The notes under the pieces are model-generated. The model was not told the origin of the DNA and did not search any database. It saw only the letters and a program-made list of their open reading frames with translations. From positions 27,640,388 through 27,704,387 of the forward strand of contig NC_092670.1 of NCBI RefSeq assembly GCF_964355755.1: a stretch of DNA of 64,000 nt. Direction: 5' to 3'. Position numbers and translations under genes: made by a program. Positions 9,770 through 23,700 of the stretch are shown in pieces. Positions within the stretch are counted from its first letter, which is position 1; every line of letters starts with the position of its first letter. Origin of the DNA: Antedon mediterranea. Taxonomy: Eukaryota; Animalia; Echinodermata.

Positions 9770-12700
9770 ATATTAAGCTATTTTGTGTTCTTTGATGTTT
9801 TTATGTGAAAAGTTTTATCGAAATGCTCAAAATGGTCTAAAACGGTTTCTAATGTGATTTTAAGAACTTTGATGTTTTTATGTTAAAAACTTTTTTAGAA
9901 AATCACAAAATGGTCTAAAACGTCTCCAAATGCGATTTGAAGCAATTCTAAGCACTTTGGTGTTTTTATGTTAACACGTTTTTTCGAAAATCACAAAATG
10001 GTCTACAACGTCTCCAAATGCGATTTGAAGATATTCTAAGCACTTTGGTGTTTTTATGTTAACAAGTTTTTTCGAAAATCACAAAGTGGTATAAAACGTC
10101 TCCAAATGCGATTTTAAGGTATTCTAAGCACTTTGGTGTTTTTATGTTAACAAGTTTTTTCGAAAATCACAAAATGGTCTAAAACGTCTCCAAATGTGAT
10201 TTGAAGCTATTCTAAACACTTTGGTGTTTTTATGTTAACAAGTTTTTTCGAAAATCACAAATTGGTCTAAAACGTCTCCAAATGCGATTTGAAGCTATTT
10301 TAAGCACTTTGGTGTTTTTGTGTAACCAAGTTTTTTCGAAAATCACAAAAGGGTCTAAAATGTCTCAAAATGCGATTTGAAGCTATTCTGTACACTTTGA
10401 AGTTTTTATGTTAACAACTTTTTTAGAAAATCACAAAATGGTCTAAAACGTCTCCAAATGCGATTTGAAGCAATTCTAAGCACTTTGGTGTTTTTATGGT
10501 AACGAGTTTTTTTGAATATCACAAAATGGTCTAAAATGTCTCCAAATGCGATTTGAAGCTTTTCTAAGCACTTTGGTGTTTTTATGTTAACAAGTTTTTT
10601 CGAAAATCACAAAATGGTCTAAAACGTCTCCAAATGCGATTTGAAGCTATTCTGTACACTTTGCTGTTTTGTGTGAATAATTTTTGTCGAAATGCTCAAA
10701 ATGGTCAAAAACGTTTTTAAATACGATATTAAGCTATTTTGTGCTCTTTGATGTTTTTGTGTGAAAAGTTTTATCGAAATGCTCAAAATGGTCTAAAACG
10801 GTTTCTAATGTGATTTTAAGCACTTTGATGTTTTTATGTTAACAACTTTTTTAGAAAATCACAAAATGGTCTAAAACGTCTCCAAATGCGATTTGAAGCA
10901 ATTCTAAGCACTTTGGTGTTTTTATGGTAACGAGTTTTTTTGAATATCACAAAATGGTCTAAAACGTCTCCAAATGCGATTTGAAGCTTTTCTAAGCACT
11001 TTGGTGTTTTTATGTTTACAAGTTTTTTCGAAAATCACAAAATGGTCTAAAACGGCTCCAAATACGATTTGAAGCTATTCTAAGCACTTTGGTGTTTTTA
11101 TGTTAACAAGTTTTTTCGAAAATCACAAAATGGTCTAAAACGTCTCCAAATGCGATTTGAAGCTATTCTAAGCACTTTGGTGTTTTTATGTTAACAAGTT
11201 TTTTCGAAAATCACAAAATGGTGTAAAACGTCTCCAAATGCGATTTGAAGCTATTCTAAGCAATTTTGTGTTTTTATGTTAACAAGTTTTTTCGAAAATC
11301 ACAAAATGGTCTAAAACGTCTCCAAATGCGATTTGAAGCTATTCTAAGCACTTTTGTGTTTTTATGTTAACAAGTTTTTTCGAAAATCACAAAATGGTCT
11401 AAAATGTCTCAAAATGCGATTTGAAGCTATTCTGTACACTTTGCTGTTTTGTGTGAATAATTTTTGTCAAAATGCTCAAAATGGTCAAAAACGTTTTTAA
11501 ATACTATATTAAGCTATTTTGTGCTCTTTGATGTTTTTGTGTGAAAAGTTTTATCGAAATGCTCAAAATGGTCTAAAACGGTTTCTAATGTGATTTTAAG
11601 CACTTTGGTGTTTTTATGTTAACAAGTTTTTTCGAAAATCACAAAATGGTCTAAAATGTCTCCAAATGCGATCTGAAGCTTTTCTAAGCACTTTGGTGTT
11701 TTTATGTTAACAAGTTTTTTCGAAAATCACAAAATGGTCTAAAACGTCTCCAAATGTGATTTGAAGCTATTCTAAACACTTTGGTGTTTTTATGTTAACA
11801 AGTTTTTTCGAAAATCACAAATTGGTCTAAAACGTCTCCAAATGCGATTTGAAGCTATTTTAAGCACTTTGGTTTTTTTGTGTAACCAAGTTTTTTCGAA
11901 AATCACAAAAGGGTCTAAAATGTCTCAAAATGCGATTTGAAGCTATTCTGTACACTTTGATGTTTTTTTGTTAACAAGTTTTTTCGAAAGTCACAAAATG
12001 GTCTAAAAAGTCTCCAAATGCGATTTGAAGCTATTCTAAGCACTTTGGTGTTTTTATGTTAACAAGTTTTATCGAAAATCACAAAATGGTGTAAAACGTC
12101 TCCAAATGCGATTTGAAGCTATTCTAAGCACTTTGGTGTTTTTATGTTAACAAGTTTTTTCGAAAATCACAAAATGGTGTAAAACGTCTCCAAATGCGAT
12201 TTTAAGCTATTCTAAGCAATTTGGTGTTTTTATGTTAACAAGTTTTTTCGAAAATCACAAAATGGTCTAAAACGTCTCCAAATGCGATTTGAAGCTATTC
12301 TGTACACTTTGCTGTTTTGTGAGAATAATTTTTGTCGAAATGCTCAAAATGGTCAAAAACGTTTTTAAATACGATATTAAGCTATTTTGTGCTCTTTGAT
12401 GTTTTTGTGTGAAAAGTTTTATCGAAATGCTCAAAATGGTCTAAAACGGTTTCTAATGTGATTTTAAGCACTTTGATGTTTTTATGTTAACAACTTTTTT
12501 AGAAAATTACAAAATGGTGTAAAACGTCTCCAAATGCGATTTGAAGCTATTCTAAGCAATTTCGTGTTTTTATGTTAACAAGTTTTTTCGAAAATCACAA
12601 AATGGTCTAAAACGTCTCCAAATGCGATTTGAAGCTATTCTAAGCACTTTTGTGTTTTTATGTTAACAAGTTTTTTCGAAAATCACAAAATGGTCTAAAA

Positions 12701-15700
12701 CGTCTCCAAATGCGATTTGAAGCTATTCTGTACACTTTGCTGTTTTGTGTGAATAATTTTTTGTCGAAATGCTCAAAATGGTCAAAAACGTTTTTAAATA
12801 CGATATTAAGCTATTTTGTGCTCTTTGATGTTTTTGTGTGAAAAGTTTTATCGAAATGCTCAAAATGGTCTAAAACGGTTTCTAATGTGATTTTAAGCAC
12901 TTTGATGTTTTTATGTTAACAACTTTTTTAGAAAATCACAAAATGGTCTAAAACGTCTCCAAATGCGATTTGAAGCAATTCTAAGCACTTTGGTGTTTTT
13001 ATGGTAACGAGTTTTTTTGAATATCACAAAATGGTCTAAAACGTCTCCAAATGCGATTTGAAGCTTTTCTAAGCACTTTGGTGTTTTTATGTTTACAAGT
13101 TTTTTCGAAAATCACAAAATGGTCTAAAACGGCTCCAAATACGATTTGAAGCTATTCTAAGCACTTTGGTGTTTTTATGTTAACAAGTTTTTTCGAAAAT
13201 CACAAAATGGTCTAAAACGTCTCCAAATGCGATTTGAAGCTATTCTAAGCACTTTGGTGTTTTTATGTTAACAAGTTTTTTCGAAAATCACAAAATGGTG
13301 TAAAACGTCTCCAAATGCGATTTGAAGCTATTCTAAGCAATTTTGTGTTTTTATGTTAACAAGTTTTTTCGAAAATCACAAAATGGTCTAAAACGTCTCC
13401 AAATGCGATTTGAAGCTATTCTAAGCACTTTTGTGTTTTTATGTTAACAAGTTTTTTCGAAAATCACAAAATGGTCTAAAATGTCTCAAAATGCGATTTG
13501 AAGCTATTCTGTACACTTTGCTGTTTTGTGTGAATAATTTTTGTCAAAATGCTCAAAATGGTCAAAAACGTTTTTAAATACTATATTAAGCTATTTTGTG
13601 TTCTTTGATGTTTTTGTGTGAAAAGTTTTTTCGAAATGCTCAAAATGGTCTAAAACGGTTTCTAATGTGATTTTAAGCACTTTGATGTTTTTATGTTAAC
13701 AACTTTTTTAGAAAATTACAAAATGGTCTAAAACGTCTCCAAATGCGATTTGAAGCAATTCTAAGCACTTTGGTGTTTTTATGTTAACAAGTTTTTTCGA
13801 AAATCACAAAATGGTCTAAAACGTCTCCAAATGCGATTTGAAGCTATTCTGTACACTTTGCTGTTTTGTGTGAATAATTTTTGTTGAAATGCTCAAAATG
13901 GTCAAAAACGTTTTTAAATACGATATTAAGCTATTTTGTGCTCTTTGATGTTTTTGTGTGAAAAGTTTTATCGAAATGCTCAAAATGGTCTAAAACGGTT
14001 TCTAATGTGATTTTAAGCACTTTGGTGTTTTTATGTTAACAAGTTTTTTCGAAAATCACAAAATGGTCTAAAACGTCTCCAAATGTGATTTGAAGCTATT
14101 CTAAACACTTTGGTGTTTTTATGTTAACATGTTTTTTCGAAAATCACAAATTGGTCTAAAACGTCTCCAAATGCGATTTGAAGCTATTTTAAGCACTTTG
14201 GTGTTTTTGTGTAACCAAGTTTTTTCGAAAATCACAAAAGGGTCTAAAATGTCTCAAAATGCGATTTGAAGCTATTCTGTACACTTTGATGTTTTTTTGT
14301 TAACAAGTTTTTTCGAAAGTCACAAAATGGTCTAAAAAGTCTCCAAATGCGATTTGAAGCTATTCTAAGCACTTTGGTGTTTTTATGTTAACAAGTTTTA
14401 TCGAAAATCACAAAATGGTGTAAAACGTCTCCAAATGCGATTTGAAGCTATTCTAAGCACTTTGGTGTTTTTATGTTAACAAGTTTTTTCGAAAATCACA
14501 AAATGGTGTAAAACGTCTCCAAATGCGATTTTAAGCTATTCTAAGCAATTTGGTGTTTTTATGTCAACAAGTTTTTTCGAAAATCACAAAATGGTCTAAA
14601 ACGTCTCCAAATGCGATTTGAAGCTATTCTGTACACTTTGCTGTTTTGTGAGAATAATTTTTGTCGAAATGCTCAAAATGGTCAAAAACGTTTTTAAATA
14701 CGATATTAAGCTATTTTGTGCTCTTTGATGTTTTTGTGTGAAAAGTTTTATCGAAATGCTCAAAATGGTCTAAAACGGTTTCTAATGTGATTTTAAGCAC
14801 TTTGATGTTTTTATGTTAACAACTTTTTTAGAAAATTACAAAATGGTGTAAAACGTCTCCAAATGCGATTTGAAGCTATTCTAAGCAATTTCGTGTTTTT
14901 ATGTTAACAAGTTTTTTCGAAAATCACAAAATGGTCTAAAACGTCTCCAAATGCGATTTGAAGCTATTCTAAGCACTTTTGTGTTTTTATGTTAACAAGT
15001 TTTTTCGAAAATCACAAAATGGTCTAAAATGTCTCCAAATGCGATTTTAAGGTATTCTAAGCACTTTGGTGTTTTTATGTTAACAAGTTTTTTCGAAAAT
15101 CACAAAATGGTCTAAAACGTCTCCAAATGCGATTTGAAGCTATTCTAAGCACTTTGGTGTTTTTATGTTAACAAGTTTTTTCGAAAATCACAAAATGGTG
15201 TAAAACTTCTCCAAATACGATTTTAAGCTATTCTAAGCACTTTGGTGTTTTTATGTTAACAAGTTTTTTCGAAAATTACAAAATGGTATAAAACGTCTCC
15301 AAATGCGATTTGAAGATTTTCTAAGCACTTTGGTGTTTTTATGTTAACAAGTTTTTTCGAAAATCACAAAATGGTCTAAAACGTCTCCAAATGCGATTTG
15401 AAGCTATTCTGTACACTTTGCTGTTTTGTGTGAATAATTTTTGTCGAAATGCTCAAAATGGTCAAAAACGTTTTTAAATACGATATTAAGCTATTTTGTG
15501 CTCTTTGATGTTTTTGTGTGAAAAGTTTTATCGAAATGCTCAAAATGGTCTAAAACGGTTTCTAATGTGATTTTAAGCACTTTGATGTTTTTATGTTAAC
15601 AAGTTTTTTCGAAAATTACAAAATGGTATAAAACGTCTCCAAATGCGATTTGAAGATTTTCTAAGCACTTTGGTGTTTTTATGTTTACAAGTTTTTTCGA

Positions 15701-17712
15701 AAATCACAAAATGGTCTAAAACGTCTCCAAATGCGATTTGAAGCTATTCTGTACACTTTGCTGTTTTGTGTGAATAATTTTGTCAAAATGCTCAAAATGG
15801 TCAAAAACGTTTTTAAATACTATATTAAGCTATTTTGTGTTCTTTGATGTTTTTGTGTGAAAAGTTTTATCGAAATGCTCAAAATGGTCTAAAACGGTTT
15901 CTAATGAAATGATTTTAAGAACTTTGATGTTTTTATGTTAACAACTTTTTTAGAAAATCACAAAATGGTCTAAAACGTCTACAAATGCGATTTGAAGCTA
16001 TTCTAAGCACTTTGGTGTTTTTATGTTAACAAGTTTTTTCGAAAATCACAAAATGGTATAAAACCTCTCCAAATGAGATTTTAAGGTATTCTAAGCACTT
16101 TGGTGTTTTTATGTTAACAAGTTTTTTCGAAAATCACAAAATGGTCTAAAACGTCTACAAATGCGATTTGAAGCTATTCTAAGCACTTTGGTGTTTTTAT
16201 GTTAACAAGTTTTTTCGAAAATCACAAAATGGTATAAAACGTCTCCAAATGCGATTTTAAGGTATTCTAAGCACTTTGCTGTTTTGTGTGAATAATTTTT
16301 GTCGAAATGCTCAAAATGGTCAAAAACGTTTTTAAATACGATATTAAGCTATTTTGTGCTCTTTGATGTTTTTGTGTGAAAAGTTTTATCGAAATGCTCA
16401 AAATGGTCTAAAACGGTTTCTAATGTGATTTTAAGCACTTTGATGTTTTTATGTTAACAACTTTTTTAGAAAATCACAAAATGGTCTAAAACGTCTCCAA
16501 ATGCGATTTGAAGCAATTCTAAGCACTTTGGTGTTTTTATGGTAACGAGTTTTTTTGAATATCACAAAATGGTCTAAAATGTCTCCAAATGCGATTTGAA
16601 GCTTTTCTAAGCACTTTGGTGTTTTTATGTTAACAAGTTTTTTCGAAAATCACAAAATGGTCTAAAACGTCTCCAAATGCGATTTGAAGCTATTCTGTAC
16701 ACTTTGCTGTTTTGTGTGAATAATTTTTGTCGAAATGCTCAAAATGGTCAAAAACGTTTTTAAATACGATATTAAGCTATTTTGTGCTCTTTTATGTTTT
16801 TGTGTGAAAAGTTTTATCGAAATGCTCAAAATGGTCTAAAACGGTTTCTAATGTGATTTTAAGCACTTTGATGTTTTTATGTTAACAACTTTTTTAGAAA
16901 ATCACAAAATGGTCTAAAACGTCTCCAAATGCGATTTGAAGCAATTCTAAGCACTTTGGTGTTTTTATGGTAACGAGTTTTTTTGAATATCACAAAATGG
17001 TCTAAAATGTCTCCAAATGCGATTTGAAGCTTTTCTAAGCACTTTGGTGTTTTTATGGTAACGAGTTATTTCGAAAATCACAAAATGGTCTAAAACGTCT
17101 CCAAATGCGATTTGAAGCTATTCTGTACACTTTGCTGTTTTGTGTGAATAATTTTTGTCAAAATGCTCAAAATGGTCAAAAACGTTTTTAAATACTATAT
17201 TAAGCTATTTTGTGCTCTTTGATGTTTTTGTGTGAAAAGTTTTATCGAAATGCTCAAAATGGTCTAAAACGGTTTCTAATGTGATTTTAAGCACTTTGAT
17301 GTTTTTATGTTAACAACTTTTTTAGAAAATTACAAAATGGTGTAAAACGTCTCCAAATGCGATTTGAAGCTATTCTAAGCAATTTGGTGTTTTTATGTTA
17401 ACAAGTTTTTTCGAAAATCACAAAATGGTCTAAAACGTCTCCAAATGCGATTTGAAGCTATTCTAAGCACTTTTGTGTTTTTATGTTAACAAGTTTTTTC
17501 GAAAATCACAAAATGGTCTAAAATGTCTCCAAATGCGATTTGAAGCTTTTCTAAGCACTTTTGTGTTTTTATGTTTACAAGTTTTTTCGAAAATCACAAA
17601 ATGGTCTAAAACGTCTCCAAATGCGATTTGAAGCTATTCTGTACACTTTGCTGTTTTGTGTGAATAATTTTTGTCAAACTGCTCAAAATGGTCAAAAACG
17701 TTTTTAAATACT
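9770..17712 (+). repeat. Higher-order repeat unit, 7,943 bp, copy 1 (13 B-C pairs + 66 A monomers + 3 bp net indel)
   Basis: Marker offsets of 7,943: ORF-track hits at 12650 and 20593, B starts at 10657 and 18600, and ACGGCTCC at ~11053 and ~18996. Thirteen B monomers were counted, and 13x164 + 66x88 + 3 = 7,943. Confidence 0.9.
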
Positions 17713-20700
17713 ATATTAAGCTATTTTGTGTTCTTTGATGTTTTTATGTGAAAAGTTTTATCGAAATGCTCAAAATGGTCTAAAACGGTTTCTAATGTGA
17801 TTTTAAGAACTTTGATGTTTTTATGTTAAAAACTTTTTTAGAAAATCACAAAATGGTCTAAAACGTCTCCAAATGCGATTTGAAGCAATTCTAAGCACTT
17901 TGGTGTTTTTATGTTAACACGTTTTTTCGAAAATCACAAAATGGTCTACAACGTCTCCAAATGCGATTTGAAGATATTCTAAGCACTTTGGTGTTTTTAT
18001 GTTAACAAGTTTTTTCGAAAATCACAAAGTGGTATAAAACGTCTCCAAATGCGATTTTAAGGTATTCTAAGCACTTTGGTGTTTTTATGTTAACAAGTTT
18101 TTTCGAAAATCACAAAATGGTCTAAAACGTCTCCAAATGTGATTTGAAGCTATTCTAAACACTTTGGTGTTTTTATGTTAACAAGTTTTTTCGAAAATCA
18201 CAAATTGGTCTAAAACGTCTCCAAATGCGATTTGAAGCTATTTTAAGCACTTTGGTGTTTTTGTGTAACCAAGTTTTTTCGAAAATCACAAAAGGGTCTA
18301 AAATGTCTCAAAATGCGATTTGAAGCTATTCTGTACACTTTGAAGTTTTTATGTTAACAACTTTTTTAGAAAATCACAAAATGGTCTAAAACGTCTCCAA
18401 ATGCGATTTGAAGCAATTCTAAGCACTTTGGTGTTTTTATGGTAACGAGTTTTTTTGAATATCACAAAATGGTCTAAAATGTCTCCAAATGCGATTTGAA
18501 GCTTTTCTAAGCACTTTGGTGTTTTTATGTTAACAAGTTTTTTCGAAAATCACAAAATGGTCTAAAACGTCTCCAAATGCGATTTGAAGCTATTCTGTAC
18601 ACTTTGCTGTTTTGTGTGAATAATTTTTGTCGAAATGCTCAAAATGGTCAAAAACGTTTTTAAATACGATATTAAGCTATTTTGTGCTCTTTGATGTTTT
18701 TGTGTGAAAAGTTTTATCGAAATGCTCAAAATGGTCTAAAACGGTTTCTAATGTGATTTTAAGCACTTTGATGTTTTTATGTTAACAACTTTTTTAGAAA
18801 ATCACAAAATGGTCTAAAACGTCTCCAAATGCGATTTGAAGCAATTCTAAGCACTTTGGTGTTTTTATGGTAACGAGTTTTTTTGAATATCACAAAATGG
18901 TCTAAAACGTCTCCAAATGCGATTTGAAGCTTTTCTAAGCACTTTGGTGTTTTTATGTTTACAAGTTTTTTCGAAAATCACAAAATGGTCTAAAACGGCT
19001 CCAAATACGATTTGAAGCTATTCTAAGCACTTTGGTGTTTTTATGTTAACAAGTTTTTTCGAAAATCACAAAATGGTCTAAAACGTCTCCAAATGCGATT
19101 TGAAGCTATTCTAAGCACTTTGGTGTTTTTATGTTAACAAGTTTTTTCGAAAATCACAAAATGGTGTAAAACGTCTCCAAATGCGATTTGAAGCTATTCT
19201 AAGCAATTTTGTGTTTTTATGTTAACAAGTTTTTTCGAAAATCACAAAATGGTCTAAAACGTCTCCAAATGCGATTTGAAGCTATTCTAAGCACTTTTGT
19301 GTTTTTATGTTAACAAGTTTTTTCGAAAATCACAAAATGGTCTAAAATGTCTCAAAATGCGATTTGAAGCTATTCTGTACACTTTGCTGTTTTGTGTGAA
19401 TAATTTTTGTCAAAATGCTCAAAATGGTCAAAAACGTTTTTAAATACTATATTAAGCTATTTTGTGCTCTTTGATGTTTTTGTGTGAAAAGTTTTATCGA
19501 AATGCTCAAAATGGTCTAAAACGGTTTCTAATGTGATTTTAAGCACTTTGGTGTTTTTATGTTAACAAGTTTTTTCGAAAATCACAAAATGGTCTAAAAT
19601 GTCTCCAAATGCGATCTGAAGCTTTTCTAAGCACTTTGGTGTTTTTATGTTAACAAGTTTTTTCGAAAATCACAAAATGGTCTAAAACGTCTCCAAATGT
19701 GATTTGAAGCTATTCTAAACACTTTGGTGTTTTTATGTTAACAAGTTTTTTCGAAAATCACAAATTGGTCTAAAACGTCTCCAAATGCGATTTGAAGCTA
19801 TTTTAAGCACTTTGGTTTTTTTGTGTAACCAAGTTTTTTCGAAAATCACAAAAGGGTCTAAAATGTCTCAAAATGCGATTTGAAGCTATTCTGTACACTT
19901 TGATGTTTTTTTGTTAACAAGTTTTTTCGAAAGTCACAAAATGGTCTAAAAAGTCTCCAAATGCGATTTGAAGCTATTCTAAGCACTTTGGTGTTTTTAT
20001 GTTAACAAGTTTTATCGAAAATCACAAAATGGTGTAAAACGTCTCCAAATGCGATTTGAAGCTATTCTAAGCACTTTGGTGTTTTTATGTTAACAAGTTT
20101 TTTCGAAAATCACAAAATGGTGTAAAACGTCTCCAAATGCGATTTTAAGCTATTCTAAGCAATTTGGTGTTTTTATGTTAACAAGTTTTTTCGAAAATCA
20201 CAAAATGGTCTAAAACGTCTCCAAATGCGATTTGAAGCTATTCTGTACACTTTGCTGTTTTGTGAGAATAATTTTTGTCGAAATGCTCAAAATGGTCAAA
20301 AACGTTTTTAAATACGATATTAAGCTATTTTGTGCTCTTTGATGTTTTTGTGTGAAAAGTTTTATCGAAATGCTCAAAATGGTCTAAAACGGTTTCTAAT
20401 GTGATTTTAAGCACTTTGATGTTTTTATGTTAACAACTTTTTTAGAAAATTACAAAATGGTGTAAAACGTCTCCAAATGCGATTTGAAGCTATTCTAAGC
20501 AATTTCGTGTTTTTATGTTAACAAGTTTTTTCGAAAATCACAAAATGGTCTAAAACGTCTCCAAATGCGATTTGAAGCTATTCTAAGCACTTTTGTGTTT
20601 TTATGTTAACAAGTTTTTTCGAAAATCACAAAATGGTCTAAAACGTCTCCAAATGCGATTTGAAGCTATTCTGTACACTTTGCTGTTTTGTGTGAATAAT

Positions 20701-23700
20701 TTTTTGTCGAAATGCTCAAAATGGTCAAAAACGTTTTTAAATACGATATTAAGCTATTTTGTGCTCTTTGATGTTTTTGTGTGAAAAGTTTTATCGAAAT
20801 GCTCAAAATGGTCTAAAACGGTTTCTAATGTGATTTTAAGCACTTTGATGTTTTTATGTTAACAACTTTTTTAGAAAATCACAAAATGGTCTAAAACGTC
20901 TCCAAATGCGATTTGAAGCAATTCTAAGCACTTTGGTGTTTTTATGGTAACGAGTTTTTTTGAATATCACAAAATGGTCTAAAACGTCTCCAAATGCGAT
21001 TTGAAGCTTTTCTAAGCACTTTGGTGTTTTTATGTTTACAAGTTTTTTCGAAAATCACAAAATGGTCTAAAACGGCTCCAAATACGATTTGAAGCTATTC
21101 TAAGCACTTTGGTGTTTTTATGTTAACAAGTTTTTTCGAAAATCACAAAATGGTCTAAAACGTCTCCAAATGCGATTTGAAGCTATTCTAAGCACTTTGG
21201 TGTTTTTATGTTAACAAGTTTTTTCGAAAATCACAAAATGGTGTAAAACGTCTCCAAATGCGATTTGAAGCTATTCTAAGCAATTTTGTGTTTTTATGTT
21301 AACAAGTTTTTTCGAAAATCACAAAATGGTCTAAAACGTCTCCAAATGCGATTTGAAGCTATTCTAAGCACTTTTGTGTTTTTATGTTAACAAGTTTTTT
21401 CGAAAATCACAAAATGGTCTAAAATGTCTCAAAATGCGATTTGAAGCTATTCTGTACACTTTGCTGTTTTGTGTGAATAATTTTTGTCAAAATGCTCAAA
21501 ATGGTCAAAAACGTTTTTAAATACTATATTAAGCTATTTTGTGTTCTTTGATGTTTTTGTGTGAAAAGTTTTTTCGAAATGCTCAAAATGGTCTAAAACG
21601 GTTTCTAATGTGATTTTAAGCACTTTGATGTTTTTATGTTAACAACTTTTTTAGAAAATTACAAAATGGTCTAAAACGTCTCCAAATGCGATTTGAAGCA
21701 ATTCTAAGCACTTTGGTGTTTTTATGTTAACAAGTTTTTTCGAAAATCACAAAATGGTCTAAAACGTCTCCAAATGCGATTTGAAGCTATTCTGTACACT
21801 TTGCTGTTTTGTGTGAATAATTTTTGTTGAAATGCTCAAAATGGTCAAAAACGTTTTTAAATACGATATTAAGCTATTTTGTGCTCTTTGATGTTTTTGT
21901 GTGAAAAGTTTTATCGAAATGCTCAAAATGGTCTAAAACGGTTTCTAATGTGATTTTAAGCACTTTGGTGTTTTTATGTTAACAAGTTTTTTCGAAAATC
22001 ACAAAATGGTCTAAAACGTCTCCAAATGTGATTTGAAGCTATTCTAAACACTTTGGTGTTTTTATGTTAACATGTTTTTTCGAAAATCACAAATTGGTCT
22101 AAAACGTCTCCAAATGCGATTTGAAGCTATTTTAAGCACTTTGGTGTTTTTGTGTAACCAAGTTTTTTCGAAAATCACAAAAGGGTCTAAAATGTCTCAA
22201 AATGCGATTTGAAGCTATTCTGTACACTTTGATGTTTTTTTGTTAACAAGTTTTTTCGAAAGTCACAAAATGGTCTAAAAAGTCTCCAAATGCGATTTGA
22301 AGCTATTCTAAGCACTTTGGTGTTTTTATGTTAACAAGTTTTATCGAAAATCACAAAATGGTGTAAAACGTCTCCAAATGCGATTTGAAGCTATTCTAAG
22401 CACTTTGGTGTTTTTATGTTAACAAGTTTTTTCGAAAATCACAAAATGGTGTAAAACGTCTCCAAATGCGATTTTAAGCTATTCTAAGCAATTTGGTGTT
22501 TTTATGTCAACAAGTTTTTTCGAAAATCACAAAATGGTCTAAAACGTCTCCAAATGCGATTTGAAGCTATTCTGTACACTTTGCTGTTTTGTGAGAATAA
22601 TTTTTGTCGAAATGCTCAAAATGGTCAAAAACGTTTTTAAATACGATATTAAGCTATTTTGTGCTCTTTGATGTTTTTGTGTGAAAAGTTTTATCGAAAT
22701 GCTCAAAATGGTCTAAAACGGTTTCTAATGTGATTTTAAGCACTTTGATGTTTTTATGTTAACAACTTTTTTAGAAAATCACAAAATGGTCTAAAACGTC
22801 TCCAAATGCGATTTGAAGCAATTCTAAGCACTTTGGTGTTTTTATGGTAACGAGTTTTTTTGAATATCACAAAATGGTCTAAAACGTCTCCAAATGCGAT
22901 TTGAAGCTTTTCTAAGCACTTTGGTGTTTTTATGTTTACAAGTTTTTTCGAAAATCACAAAATGGTCTAAAACGGCTCCAAATACGATTTGAAGCTATTC
23001 TAAGCACTTTGGTGTTTTTATGTTAACAAGTTTTTTCGAAAATCACAAAATGGTCTAAAACGTCTCCAAATGCGATTTGAAGCTATTCTAAGCACTTTGG
23101 TGTTTTTATGTTAACAAGTTTTTTCGAAAATCACAAAATGGTGTAAAACGTCTCCAAATGCGATTTGAAGCTATTCTAAGCAATTTTGTGTTTTTATGTT
23201 AACAAGTTTTTTCGAAAATCACAAAATGGTCTAAAACGTCTCCAAATGCGATTTGAAGCTATTCTAAGCACTTTTGTGTTTTTATGTTAACAAGTTTTTT
23301 CGAAAATCACAAAATGGTCTAAAATGTCTCAAAATGCGATTTGAAGCTATTCTGTACACTTTGCTGTTTTGTGTGAATAATTTTTGTCAAAATGCTCAAA
23401 ATGGTCAAAAACGTTTTTAAATACTATATTAAGCTATTTTGTGTTCTTTGATGTTTTTGTGTGAAAAGTTTTTTCGAAATGCTCAAAATGGTCTAAAACG
23501 GTTTCTAATGTGATTTTAAGCACTTTGATGTTTTTATGTTAACAACTTTTTTAGAAAATTACAAAATGGTCTAAAACGTCTCCAAATGCGATTTGAAGCA
23601 ATTCTAAGCACTTTGGTGTTTTTATGTTAACAAGTTTTTTCGAAAATCACAAAATGGTCTAAAACGTCTCCAAATGCGATTTGAAGCTATTCTGTACACT

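Noticed and set aside
459-11437. The series of n values (2,4,2,8,3,6...) as an information-bearing code
   Set aside because: Whole-monomer gains and losses between duplicate copies (for example -7A near 700 and -1A near 3550) explain it as ordinary unequal exchange. Nothing supports a function.
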